A stretch of 32,541 nucleotides of DNA from Nemertoderma westbladi (Eukaryota; Animalia; Xenacoelomorpha). Of this stretch, positions 22,242 through 32,541 are shown in pieces (the first letter of the stretch is position 1; each line of letters opens with the position of its first letter). The translations under genes and the position numbers were made by a program. Location: NCBI GenBank assembly GCA_032718475.1, contig JAUCBJ010006087.1, positions 1 through 32,541 of the forward strand, in the 5' to 3' direction. The notes beneath the pieces are model-generated. The model had not been told where the DNA came from. It ran no database searches and saw nothing but the letters and a program-made list of their open reading frames with translations.

Positions 22242-23650
22242 CGCTCCAGTTGTATAATAGCTTCGGCGCTGTAATTAACGCTGTTAGATAGATAATTTAA
22301 CGCACTATAAGTCTGTGTAAACAAATCTCCCGTAAGTTAAGTAGTTTTCGAGCCCTTTTTGGACCCTTTTGCCGACTTATTTTTTATACCCCCATTCGAT
22401 AGGAACGTAGCCTCCGTGGTATTTTACGCATTCCAAAAAGAATTGGCAGTTTCCTATTCGTGTTGTTGAATTAAAAATTTCGGAAATATTAATTATGTAA
22501 AAAAGATGGAAAAAACGGACAAAGTTATGACCCCTTTTTCCACCCGAAATATTAATAAATATATTAGCCGTGTTATAGCGGATCCCGCAAGGTCATTTTG
22601 TCCGTTTTTTCAACTTTGACGGACAATTTCGGGAAAAAGGCGAGGTAATATTTCTTGAAAAAAAAAAACGAATTCACTTATTAATCCCTTCTATCGTATC
22701 CCGGCGTCGGCTAAGCAATAACCTAGGGTTTTTTCGAGCCACTGTAGAGCAACTTTCAAAAAAATTTAAAAATTGTCCAAAAAATGACGGTTTTTTGGCC
22801 GCCGTGTCCGTCGAGGGGATAGATTTACTAATGTTAGAGTTGCTAATATCTTAGAATTCCGAGCCGCTCCCCTGGTGCGAAAATAAATAAAAAATGGTCG
22901 GTTCCTTCATCGAAAAGTCCCCCAGAATCCCAAGTTAACCTATATAGTTAGCGATGGCCTTCGGCTTTTGGAGCGGCCGAGGTATTCACCTCCCTCATAA
23001 CGGCCGCGGCTGTGTCACGTCAAACGGTAAAATGTTTATCCCACCAAGGTTACCCGGGTATGCCCACATTTTTTGTTTTTTGTGTTTTTTTTTTGTATAT
23101 TACCGGTATTGTTCTAGATTATACCATCTCCCACAATACTATGGTATTGGTAGCTATTAAATTTTTATTTTGTGGTACCTAGTAATTTTTTTTGTTAGCT
23201 ATAAAAATTAAAAAAAATTATTTTATGTAAATAATTCTTTGAAAATGTATATTTCAATAAATTAACTAAAGTTACATAAATAAAATCAAACACAAGTTAC
23301 TCAAATAACAATTTATTTATTATTGTAATGCTGGTTTATTAGATCGAGTAAGTCCTTGAAAGGCGTTTAGGCCTATATAATATTAGGAACAAGAAACAAA
23401 ACAACTGAACAAAATACGCTAAAAACGTCATAATAAAAGACATTTTCACAAGAAAAAAGTTCGTCAAATTTTTTCAATTATGACTTTTTCACTAGCTAAT
23501 ATAAAGTACTAGGTAACACAAAATCAAAATTACTAGCTACCATCTTACTGTCAGAGGGTCAAATATTTGTTCTAGAACAAGAAACCTCATGATATAAACC
23601 GATAATCACTAATATAATTAATATATTTTTTTTAATTTGGGCATACTTAC

Positions 23651-24699
23651 TGTAAAAGCTTTTGCGGACAAAATAAGTCATTTTTCGCAATGCGCTAAAT
23701 AATCTAAAAGGGTCTTATAATTGTACACCTACGCGCCTGTCAAGAAACCCAAAGTTGGGATGACGAAATCTACCAGCTGTTCCTTTGTGTGAGAAATGTT
23801 CCTTTGTTGACATATCTCGGCCAATCAGAGCGATCTCTTTTTCTCTGTGGACAGCGGCCTATGAGATCTGACGCAATGCGGCAGTTTCCGAGAATCCATG
23901 CTTGATTCAGGATTCATTCGGACGTTCTGACTTTCAGACTTTGCCCTAACATCAGAGGCTAGATAGAGTTATAAGAACGCAAATCTATTAACTTAACATA
24001 CCACCGTAATTCATACTTCTTTCAACATACTGACTGATTTCACCGCACTGTTTTCTAATATACTGTTATGTATTATTGTCAATTGCTGTTTATATTAATG
24101 GATGTTATATTTGGAGAATACTGATAAATAATCGTAAAATCCCCTCAACTTCTTAATTACTGAGGTTAGCAGAAGGGTGTATCAGTAGCAATTGGGGTTC
24201 AATTTATAGTGGTTTTTGTGTGAAATAAATGCTATTTCATAATCCCAATGTACGTGAGTTGCAATCCTCCTTATATATGATCAAATCAGTGACTGTCGGC
24301 AAATCAGTGTGCATTAGTGTGTATTAGTGTGATATTAGTGTGAAGGTTAATAAAGCATTCCTAAAGAATGCGCTATTTGCGATATCCTATTGCCTCTAGT
24401 TGTGATTAGTGTAAGTCATAACTCTGTTTGATACTTAAAGCGCCACGTCCCAAAGGAACTGTTAATATTTCCCTGAAAGTAAATATAGTTGTCGGAGATT
24501 ATATAGTAGCGATCAATCGAATAATACAAAGTAGCCTATTGCAATAATTTTCTCTAGAACTGAATCCAGTCTCCCACACCGTGGGTCATACGCCGCGCAT
24601 AGACTGGTTTCAACGGATGTCAATTAGTAAAGGCAATAGTCGATTCATGAGATACTTAAATTAGCAAGTTAAACTGTTAAAGGTCTAATAGCGCGAACA
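23651..24699 (+). mobile_element. Solo LTR (1049 bp), diverged copy 2 of the family at 6973-8145
   Basis: Same termini (TGTAAAAGCTTTTGCG...GCGCGAACA), 5-bp TSD CTTAC (23646-23650, 24700-24704), shared internal blocks (GCGCCACGTCC-AAAGGAACTGTTAATATT, GCATT-CCTAAAGAATGCGC). Confidence 0.9.
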
Positions 24700-24704
24700 C
24701 TTAC

Positions 24705-25320
24705 TATACTAATGCCGATTTGAGTTATCTAAAGTCTCAACACGAAATTGGTACCGCGGCTCATACCTATGTTGATTGGAGTAATTTTCTTCGAGATATA
24801 TGTGCTGAGTGGTTACTGAAGAATCCTGTAAAATTTAGGCGGGGAAGGAAAAGTGGTAGAAATATATGAAAGTGTGATTCTCAGACATAAGTACAATAAA
24901 GGAAGATCAGCGAAACAGCAGTGGGTGTTCGGGGGTATAGATGTGGAGAGCAAACAGGGATTTCTTGTTCCAGTGGAGCAGCGTGATGCAGACACATTGT
25001 TGCCCATAATATTGAAATATATAAAGCCAGGGTCAACTATCTGTTCGGATTTATGGAAGGCGTATAATACTATTAGTAAATTATGATTACCAACATCTAA
25101 CTCTGAATGAATCATTCAATCTAATTCGTGGATCCCGACACGGGTGCCTGCACTAATGCCGTCGAGAACATGTGGATGCGTGCGAAACGTCGTAACAAGA
25201 AAGCTTGTGGTACACACCGCACACTTTTGGAAAGCAATTTAATAGAGTTCATTGTGGTGGTAAAACTTTGGAAAAGATCCCTTTAGAAACATAATTGAAC
25301 AAATCGCAAATATAAATACA
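24705..25320 (+). pseudogene. Merlin (IS1595/IS1016-like) DDE transposase, decayed
   Basis: TYVDWSNFLRDIC...GGEGKVVEIYES (canonical VEIDES), KYNKGR, QWVFGG, RDADTLLPII, TICSDLWKAY, FVDPDTGACTNAVENMW. Several frameshifts. Confidence 0.9.
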
Positions 25321-25507
25321 TCAATTTATGTTAAATATGTGGTGGTAAAACTTTGGAAAAGATCCCTTTAGAAACATAATTGAACAAATCGCAAATATAA
25401 ATACATCAATTTATGTTAAATATGTGGTGGTAAAACTTTGGAAAAGATCCCTTTAGAAACATAATTGAACAAATCGCAAATATAAATACATCAATTTATG
25501 TTAAATA
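25253..25507. repeat. Three perfect tandem copies of an 85-bp unit (Merlin transposase 3' end)
   Basis: Units start at 25253, 25338 and 25423. Confidence 0.95.
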
Positions 25508-26349
25508 TAGCGATGCTGTATAATATATAAATAAAATTATTAGTAATATTAGTAAAATTTTGCAGTCAAAAATAATTTCTTAATAGCTAATCTAGAATCC
25601 TAATTCTAGAACAAGATTTTGATAATATTTTTATTGGAAAACTTTTAGAAGATGATTTGGGAACACACATAATCCATAAAATGGATTGTTATAAAAGGTT
25701 ATAAAATTTTGAAAAATGTGGGGGGGAAACTGTAAAAGTACCAGCACTCTTTACTAATAGATCCGCTTAACTAATAATGGATATTCAATTGAGTTCCGTT
25801 TTGGAGTTCGCCTTGCAGACGCTAAAGTTACAATAACTTTTGAGTGTGTGAATGATTTTGCTCAAATTACTTGTAAAGCTTTTCTACTCAGATGCTCTTT
25901 CAACACATGTAATACTATTTAAGAAATTCTACCAAAAATATTTTATTTTACTTTTTTCGCCATGAAAAAAGTAAAAGCATTACAATCCTATACAAATTTT
26001 TCTCCTTTTCTCCTGATATTGATGCGAAAAGTAACAATTTCAGAATAAAAAACGTTTTTAAAATGAAATTTTAAAAACAATAGCTACTCCGTATGACAGA
26101 ATTATAAACTTATATTCCAGAACAAAAGCCCTCAAGAAGACAATATAGTCTTTTACAGAATGAAAAACCAAAAGATGGTTAACAACCAGGTACACTGAGC
26201 ATAGTAATTCTCAATAAAAGTAAAAGACGGCCAAATGCAATAGGGTTGAGCGCGAGACAGCAGATGTTGGTATTGACAGTTGGGAGAGGCCATTGAAACA
26301 TATATTGCGGACATACAAGATCAGATATTATTTCCGGTCCACCATTATC

Positions 26350-26420
26350 GGACTCGCTGGCGGAATGGTTACTTGGTGCCAGACCTGGGGGTCAACAGTT
26401 CTATCCCACCTGGACGTTAT
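26350..26420 (+). mobile_element. Possible tRNA-derived SINE head (degenerate)
   Basis: A-box-like TGGCGGAATGG (26358-26368) and B-box-like AGTTCTATCCC (26397-26407). No cloverleaf. Confidence 0.35.
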
Positions 26421-26781
26421 TACCGGATTCGCTAATCTCTGCCCAACGAAAATTGTAATAATAACTATTTAAGTGGTGGCAAAACAAAGAAAGCAAGACA
26501 AAAAAGTTATTTTTTGCCACCAATTAATTACGTCGTTTTATTTGTAAGTCTTCTCACTTTTATCTGTTCCTATTCCAGCATATCTATCATCCAGCTTCTT
26601 CCATAGTGAAATACGGGCATTGCTACACCTTGGGTACCCAGAGTTTGAGCAATTTTTTCATATAAAAAGGCTTTTATAATGAGGTTCTTTTAGAACAAAT
26701 ATTTTACCTTCTGATATGATATGATATCTCATATGATATGATATATATCTATTATGATATTTTTTCCATAAAATGTTCTTG

Positions 26782-26998
26782 AAAAAAGTGTTCTATAACA
26801 AAAATATTTATCAAAATGATAACTAACACTTGTTCTATAACATTTATAAAAAAGTAGAAAAAACTAGCTAATATAAAAAATATAAAATGTATTCTAAAAC
26901 AAAAAAAAGTGTTCTAGAACAAAAAATGTTTCTCAAAATGTATAGCTAACACGTGTTCTATAACATTTATAAAAAAATTTGCAAAATCTAGCTAGTAT
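26782..26998. repeat. Imperfect ~120-bp tandem duplication, AT-rich
   Basis: AAAAAAGTGTTCTA-AACAAAAA...CTAACAC-TGTTCTATAACATTTATAAAAAA occurs twice. Confidence 0.7.
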
Positions 26999-28767
26999 TA
27001 TAAATTTTCTATGTAATCTATTCTCTATATAAATGCAATTTTATTATTAATGTCATGGAAACATTGCTTTTTGTTTTTTTTTTTTGTTAACGACTTTGAC
27101 TAAAAAAGTGACTTACAACAAATAAAAGTAATAGTTATATGGGAGATATGACAATAAAATAATATGAGAATTCTAGAATAGATAGTCAGATAAATTATCG
27201 ATTATTACCATATTTTAAAGAAATGTTCACACAATGTTAAGGCGATCTAAAAGTCTTGAAAATGTGCACAACTGCAAGCTGACTGAAGTTGAATTTACAA
27301 ATATAATATTTAGAAATTATACATCTTGGGAGTGTTGTGGGAAGTAAACTTTATGGTAACTAGTGTTTTTGGTATATACTTTTTGCATAGAAAGGTTACA
27401 AAACATGTTATATATTTATTTTAAAAATAATACCTTTCTAGAACATATATTTTCCGTTTTTACAAAACGTTCGATTTGTAAGAAGTAAGTTTTTAGTAAA
27501 GAAAAGTTGTATGTTTGTATTAATTAGCATGGGATTTAATTGTTCTAAAACGTGTTCAAAATTTATTTAAAAAATGTAAGAATTCACATACCAGAAAAAA
27601 TGTTATTTAATTAATCACAATTTATTTTACTCTTATTTAATAACTATTCCTACCTTCGAACACGTAAGGGAAGTCATGTGCAGCGCTGGTAGGATTTCGA
27701 AGTTCCATTGAATAAAACGGAATCTCAAGATTCGATTACTTAAGAGCTTATACACCATGAACCGTAGTATAGTGTAATTTTCTGATGACACGCCCCCCCC
27801 CCCCAGATTTTTCTACAAATCTGTATCATATTGCTTAAAATTTGAAACACAACTAGTTCAACTCACTGTGGTTGTTACAATGAAGCCGGAATTTTCTATT
27901 TCGCCTTTAAATTTTTTTAATAAGCGTTTTAAAAAAGTGTCTTTTGCGAATTCGTACCCTCCGTATCATTGCCATTCTTCACATTAAGATTTCGTTACAA
28001 GGATTCAAAATAAGTAAGAATTTCTGAATTTCGTTGAGAAACAGCTGAGATATAGCCGTTCAAAGATTGCAAGAATGGGGTAGACGACTCGGAAAATTTT
28101 TTTCGAGTTTTCGTTGGTTTCATGTGAAAGAGCATGTGAAAAAACCCCAGAGAGCAATTTTACTTAAAAAAAATTAATATTGGCCGAGTTATAGCGATTT
28201 TAAAACGCAAAATTAGCAACATCGAAAAATCAGGCCGTTTCAGAAAACTGCACTAGTGACGTCACTAGTGCAGCAGTAAATGTTCATTGGTTACTATACA
28301 ATATAAATCTCTTAGTAACTAAAATAAATTGTGTAGCTAATATTTATTTAGTGTGTTTTTGTGTTGTGTTAATAATACATTATTTGATATCTTAATGTGG
28401 AAATTGATTCATAACAAGATAATTATTCCAGAATAATATTTATTTATCCCAAACTATACAGTTGTTAGCTATAAAAATAAAACATATTTTGTAGCTAAAA
28501 CTGCCAGGTGGTAGAAATCCATTAGCTTATTGATGTTTTATTCAGCTTCAAATCTTATATTACGGATTCGGATTGTGGATTCGCACTTTTTCGATTGTAA
28601 TTATTTTTATACAAGTTAAATTATTGAATTCCAAAAAGCATTGATAGAGTTAGTCCATGTAGCTGTAATGGATGACGTCGTATCTTCAGCTGCCATCTCA
28701 ATACAATCAGCATTAATCAGAATTTAGTTGAACTATAACTACTGTATAATTTACATTTTTTAATTAT

Positions 28768-29090
28768 CTATTTTTTCACAATTTTGGGAAATATATATTC
28801 CTTCCAGAAGCTACGACTACTTTTCAGTAAACTTTGCATGTATATGGAATCATATGATACTTCAACTATTTTCACTTCGCCATTTATTTCAAAAGATGGA
28901 TCTGCGACACTAAACAAGGCCAATTGTTTATTGCAAAGAAGCATTTGAAGTTGGATTTGTGACATGAATTTAGCGCTTACGATATTCGATTGTGTAAGAT
29001 AAGATTTTTGAATGGCATGTTTTGATGTTGGACATTTTACTTCTACCACATGCGTTGGTGTAATGGCATCTGAAATGGGATCAAAAAATA
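28768..29090 (-). pseudogene. YqaJ/lambda-exonuclease-like PD-(D/E)XK nuclease, C-terminal half
   Basis: SDAI...VVEVKCP...SQIQLQM...FSVADPSFE...FWKEYIFPKI. The N-terminal half is missing. Confidence 0.8.
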
Positions 29091-29428
29091 AGATTTTGTG
29101 GTATTTTATAAAAACACTAGCTACAATATTAAAACAGTACATACCATTGAAAACACTAGTTACCACAAACATTTGTTTTTATTTTCTTTAAAACATTTTT
29201 TTTTTCACATGTAACTAGCCAAAATATGTCAAGAACATAAATCAATAGCCCAAAACATTATGTTTTGGTATTTTGATATTTTTGGATGTCAAACCAAAAA
29301 CAGCTATTATGAAAGGCAGAATAATGGTGACACGTGCAACACTAGTACCAGTAACACTTTACAGTGAACTGACAAAAAATCTAAATAATTTCCATCTAGT
29401 GCTAATCTACCCATCCCGCATTGTTCGC

Positions 29429-29617
29429 TGTAAAAACAATAAAAAAATAGATTAATGAAACGCCTGGCAGTATTTAGCTAGCTATATTTATTCTTAGCTA
29501 CACCTCTACGATACAGGTATAAAATGTAAAAACAATAAAAAAAATAGATTAATGAAACGCCTGGCAGTATTTAGCTAGCTATATTTATTTTTAGCTACAC
29601 CTCTACGATACAGGTAT
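29429..29617. repeat. Tandem duplication (96-bp period) inside the ISL2EU-like element
   Basis: TGTAAAAACAATAAAAAAATAGATTAATGAAACGCCTGGCAG...GATACAGGTAT starts at 29429 and 29525. Confidence 0.9.
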
Positions 29618-30019
29618 GGGCGAAATAAATATTATTCTAGAATAATTAACTTGATATGCATAATTTGCCTCCATGCCGCTATCCTATAATCGATTCTTAA
29701 CACAACATAAATACACATCCAAATAAATACATAGCTACATTTTATTATTTGTTTTATTTTAGATACTGCAATATTATACTTTATATTAGCCAATCAACTG
29801 CGCTTGACAACTGTTGCTGTGTTATGGCTGACGTCACTCGTGCAGTTTTCTGAAACGGCCTGATTTTTCGATGTTGCTAATTTTGCGTTTTAAAATTGCT
29901 ATAACCCGGCAAATATTAATTTTTTTTAAGTAAAATTGCTCTCTGGGGTTTTTTCACATGCTCTTTCACATGAAACCAACGAAAACTCGAAAAAAAATTT
30001 CCGAGTCGTCTACCCCATT

Positions 30020-30213
30020 ATCGTTCGCTAGATGCCATTTATTCTATTTAATAAATACACAATGTTCTGGAACATTTTGTTTAGGTATGAATAGCTACAC
30101 AATAGAGATATTGGATAGGAATACCGCTGTTGCCCACCAACTCATAAAATAAATAACACGTTCTAGAATTTTGTGTATTTATTAAATATAATAAATGGCA
30201 TCTAGCGAACGAT
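30020..30213. mobile_element. Small MITE-like element with ~54-bp terminal inverted repeats
   Basis: ATCGTTCGCTAGATGCCATTTATT... at 30020-30073 mirrors 30160-30213. Confidence 0.7.
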
Positions 30214-30618
30214 TTCATTTCACAATAAGTTGTGATTTAATGGGAAAGTAATATTATTTACACTGACCAGTCGCACATTAATTGCTACACTGAATATCTC
30301 AATAACTAGAAGTCGGATACAGTATTTAATTATATCAAAAATTACCCCACATATTATATTAAGGAAACTCATTCAAAAAAAAATTCAATTGTACTCAAGG
30401 AAATATATTAATTTCCACTAATGTTAGCGAAGTAACCTGTTGAATTTGTACCCAAACTTGCAGTAAATTAAAATTTCTAGAACTAGCCCATTTTGGGCCT
30501 ACATCGTTTTAAATTCAGCCTTCAGTCAGCGCTTTACTGAAGGCCAAATTCTGCGGATTTATTGTCACTATTTTGAAACTTTAACCATAATTAATTGAAC
30601 CTTAAATTTAACTTTAAT

Positions 30619-31665
30619 ATGGGCAATGTGTATGGCTGCAATTTAAAGAACAGCGCTGTGGAGAAATATATAGAACAATCTAAAGCCGGTTTTAATTCGA
30701 AATGGAATTCTCGCATTGAAAGCAATGCTTGTATGGCTGATTTTAAAAAAGGGCGTACTTTGGGTTCCGGCTCGTTTGGTCGTGTTTTACTTGCTCAGCA
30801 TATCCCGACCAGAAAGTTTTATGCTATGAAAATTCTAGAGAAGTCTTTGATAATTAAAACGAAACAATTGTCGCATTGTTTGTCAGAAAAAAAGACATTG
30901 GCGTGCACATCTTTCCCATTTTTAGTTTCACTTGCTTATCATTTCAAAGATAATTCTTATGTTTACATGGTAATGGAGTTTATAGATGGTGGGGAACTTT
31001 TCGACTACTTTCAGAACCAACGCAGATTCACTGAATCTCATACGAGATTTTACGCTGCGCAGGTCGTTCTCGCATTCCAATATTTGCACAGCTTGGATTT
31101 AATATACCGCGACCTTAAACCTGAGAACATATTGATTGACAGCCGCGGTTATATCAAGATAACGGATTTCGGTTTTACCAAACTGGTTGTTGGACGAACC
31201 TACACCATGTGCGGCACTCCGGAGTATCTGGCCCCCGAGATCTTAGAGAACCGCGGATACGGTAAGTCGGTGGACTGGTGGGCCGTCGGCGTACTCATTT
31301 ACGAATTGGCAATCGGACATCCCCCGTTCCGTAACGAAGATCACATGGAATTGTATAAAAGCATAGTAGAAGCACGGATAGTTTTCCCAAAAGTCAGTTC
31401 CGAATTGAAAGACGTTATTACTAACTTGTTACAGAAGGACGTGAGTAAACGTTACGGCTGTCTGAAGAACGGGGTGAATGATATTAAAACACACCCGTGG
31501 TTTCACAACTTTAACTGGGACTCGGTTTTCACGAAAACATTTAAGGCCCCTTTTACTCCCTCTGATGTGGGAAAAGGGGACGCATCACATTTTCGACGGC
31601 AAAAAGAAATCGAAATGCCAATTTCAACGAAATGTCTCAATCGAATTGAGTTTGAGGAATTTTAG
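30619..31665 (+). CDS. cAMP-dependent protein kinase catalytic subunit-like (PKA-C paralog), 348 aa, single coding exon
   Basis: The likely start is ATG 30619 (MGN, myristoylation-type N-terminus), not the upstream TTG. GSGSFG, YAMK, YRDLKPEN, TDFGF, RTYTMCGTPEYLAPE, VDWWAVG, C-terminal FEEF hydrophobic motif. Confidence 0.95.
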   Translation: MGNVYGCNLKNSAVEKYIEQSKAGFNSKWNSRIESNACMADFKKGRTLGSGSFGRVLLAQHIPTRKFYAMKILEKSLIIKTKQLSHCLSEKKTLACTSFPFLVSLAYHFKDNSYVYMVMEFIDGGELFDYFQNQRRFTESHTRFYAAQVVLAFQYLHSLDLIYRDLKPENILIDSRGYIKITDFGFTKLVVGRTYTMCGTPEYLAPEILENRGYGKSVDWWAVGVLIYELAIGHPPFRNEDHMELYKSIVEARIVFPKVSSELKDVITNLLQKDVSKRYGCLKNGVNDIKTHPWFHNFNWDSVFTKTFKAPFTPSDVGKGDASHFRRQKEIEMPISTKCLNRIEFEEF

Positions 31666-31699
31666 CTGAAGGTTTTCAGGCGATTTGTCGATCGACGGC

Positions 31700-31705
31700 A
31701 ATAAA
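31700..31705 (+). terminator. Candidate polyadenylation signal
   Basis: AATAAA 35 nt after the kinase stop codon. Confidence 0.45.
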
Positions 31706-32288
31706 AGTGAGTGATGAAGAAGTTTTATTCCAAAGTAATCCAGTCAATTGACCAAATTATTTGTTTAAATTAACAAAACCCATATTAAAAATATTGTAAT
31801 AATTTTTAAATCAACAAAACAGACATCAAAAATAATTTAATAATTTTCAAGCAAGTGTGACGACTATATTATATTTACTGGCTCGACTAAGTCTGGGAAA
31901 AGTCTACCATTGCGTCAAAAACAACGTTGCATTTTAAAAGGCACCCAATTTATTTTGAATTTTTTTTTATTTGTTTCTGAAACACTGTAAAGTACTTTGC
32001 AACAAGTATGTATGTAGTTTAATTACAAAATGTTAACATTACGAAATGATTGTACATATATTATAAGTGATAGAAACTGCACAAATTATATTAGTTGTTG
32101 TATTAATAAATGTAAAAATGACATAAATTATGTTATAAAAAAGTTAGCTTATATTTATGGTGGCGTTTAGAGCCATGTTAATAGTTTATAGCTACTGGTT
32201 ATTATTAGCTACCGATAGGTAATGCAGTTGGCCTATCTGACTGTAAGGCAATTAATAATAAATACCTATATTTATTATCAGTTTTTTT

Positions 32289-32541
32289 CCCACCCAACAT
32301 TCCCAATAACATTCCCACCCACCTTCCCACCCACATTCCCACCCACCTTCCCACCCATCTTCCCACATTTCCATTTCCGTACATTCCCACCCACCTGCGC
32401 ATATTCGCACAATCCCACCCACCTTCCCATCTACCCCCTTCCCATCTTCCCAACCACCCTCACACATTCGCATCGTCCTACATTCTCACCTTCCCATCCA
32501 TCTTACCACATTCCCATCCACATTCCCACCTTCCTACATTC
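32289..32541. repeat. C-rich low-complexity minisatellite (TTCCCACCCACA/C-like units), runs off the right edge
   Basis: Repeated TTCCCA(C/T)C units. The minus strand is GGG-rich. Confidence 0.9.

Larger units (their letters stand above)
28077..30016. mobile_element. ISL2EU-like (PIF/Harbinger-related) DNA transposon, internally deleted
   Basis: Near-perfect 188-bp TIRs (28077-28264, 29829-30016) starting GGGGTAGAC, flanked by AT on both sides (28075-28076, 30017-30018), with an internal YqaJ nuclease remnant. RR..YY ends, AT target and YqaJ cargo are ISL2EU hallmarks. Confidence 0.75.

Noticed and set aside
22246-23060. Possible DNA-transposon/Helitron host sequence flanking the Gypsy insertion, and Merlin TIRs at ~23026 and ~25742
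   Set aside because: Looks repeat-like, but I could not establish matching termini or an 8-9-bp TSD.
30472-30485. TTCTAGAA heat-shock-element-like site upstream of the kinase
   Set aside because: The same octamer recurs throughout the AT-rich repeats of the window, and only two nGAAn units are present.
30595-30618. ORF-track start of the kinase at TTG 30595
   Set aside because: Non-ATG start. ATG 30619 gives the PKA-typical MGN N-terminus.
32205-32473. GGWE/GRWV-repeat ORFs, or telomeric repeat
   Set aside because: Irregular low-complexity minisatellite, not a TTAGGG/TTAGG array.

Overview
AT-rich eukaryotic (probably invertebrate animal) DNA made up almost entirely of transposable elements, with one host gene near the right end. 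The centre is a nested LTR-retrotransposon stack whose junctions can be read to the base. A minus-strand Ty3/Gypsy element (6892-22241, TSD CGCT) carries a full-length but frameshifted plus-strand BEL/Pao element in its integrase gene (9118-19670, TSD CAAAG) and a 1.17-kb solo LTR of a third family in its 3' LTR (6973-8145, TSD TTGAC). A diverged second copy of that solo LTR (23651-24699, TSD CTTAC) sits at the 5' edge of a decayed Merlin/IS1595-like transposase. Other elements: the 5' end of an RTE-type LINE with an unusually structured 5' UTR (1-~1367, minus), a 5'-truncated RTE copy (5391-6335), a CRE-like RT relic split by a 15-bp-repeat foldback element, a 15-bp minisatellite, an ISL2EU-like DNA transposon with 188-bp TIRs and a YqaJ nuclease remnant (28077-30016), and a small MITE. 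The only intact cellular gene is an intronless, divergent PKA catalytic-subunit-like kinase (30619-31665). Most novel-looking signals: a duplicated, covarying RNA pseudoknot-like module in the LINE 5' UTR; a strong excess of TA-CCGG-TA / TA-GGCC-TA footprint-like palindromes that cluster in-frame inside BEL gag; a non-canonical BEL primer-binding site; and loss of the FDDY/acidic C-tail in the kinase. No prokaryotic-type system (CRISPR, operon) is supported.
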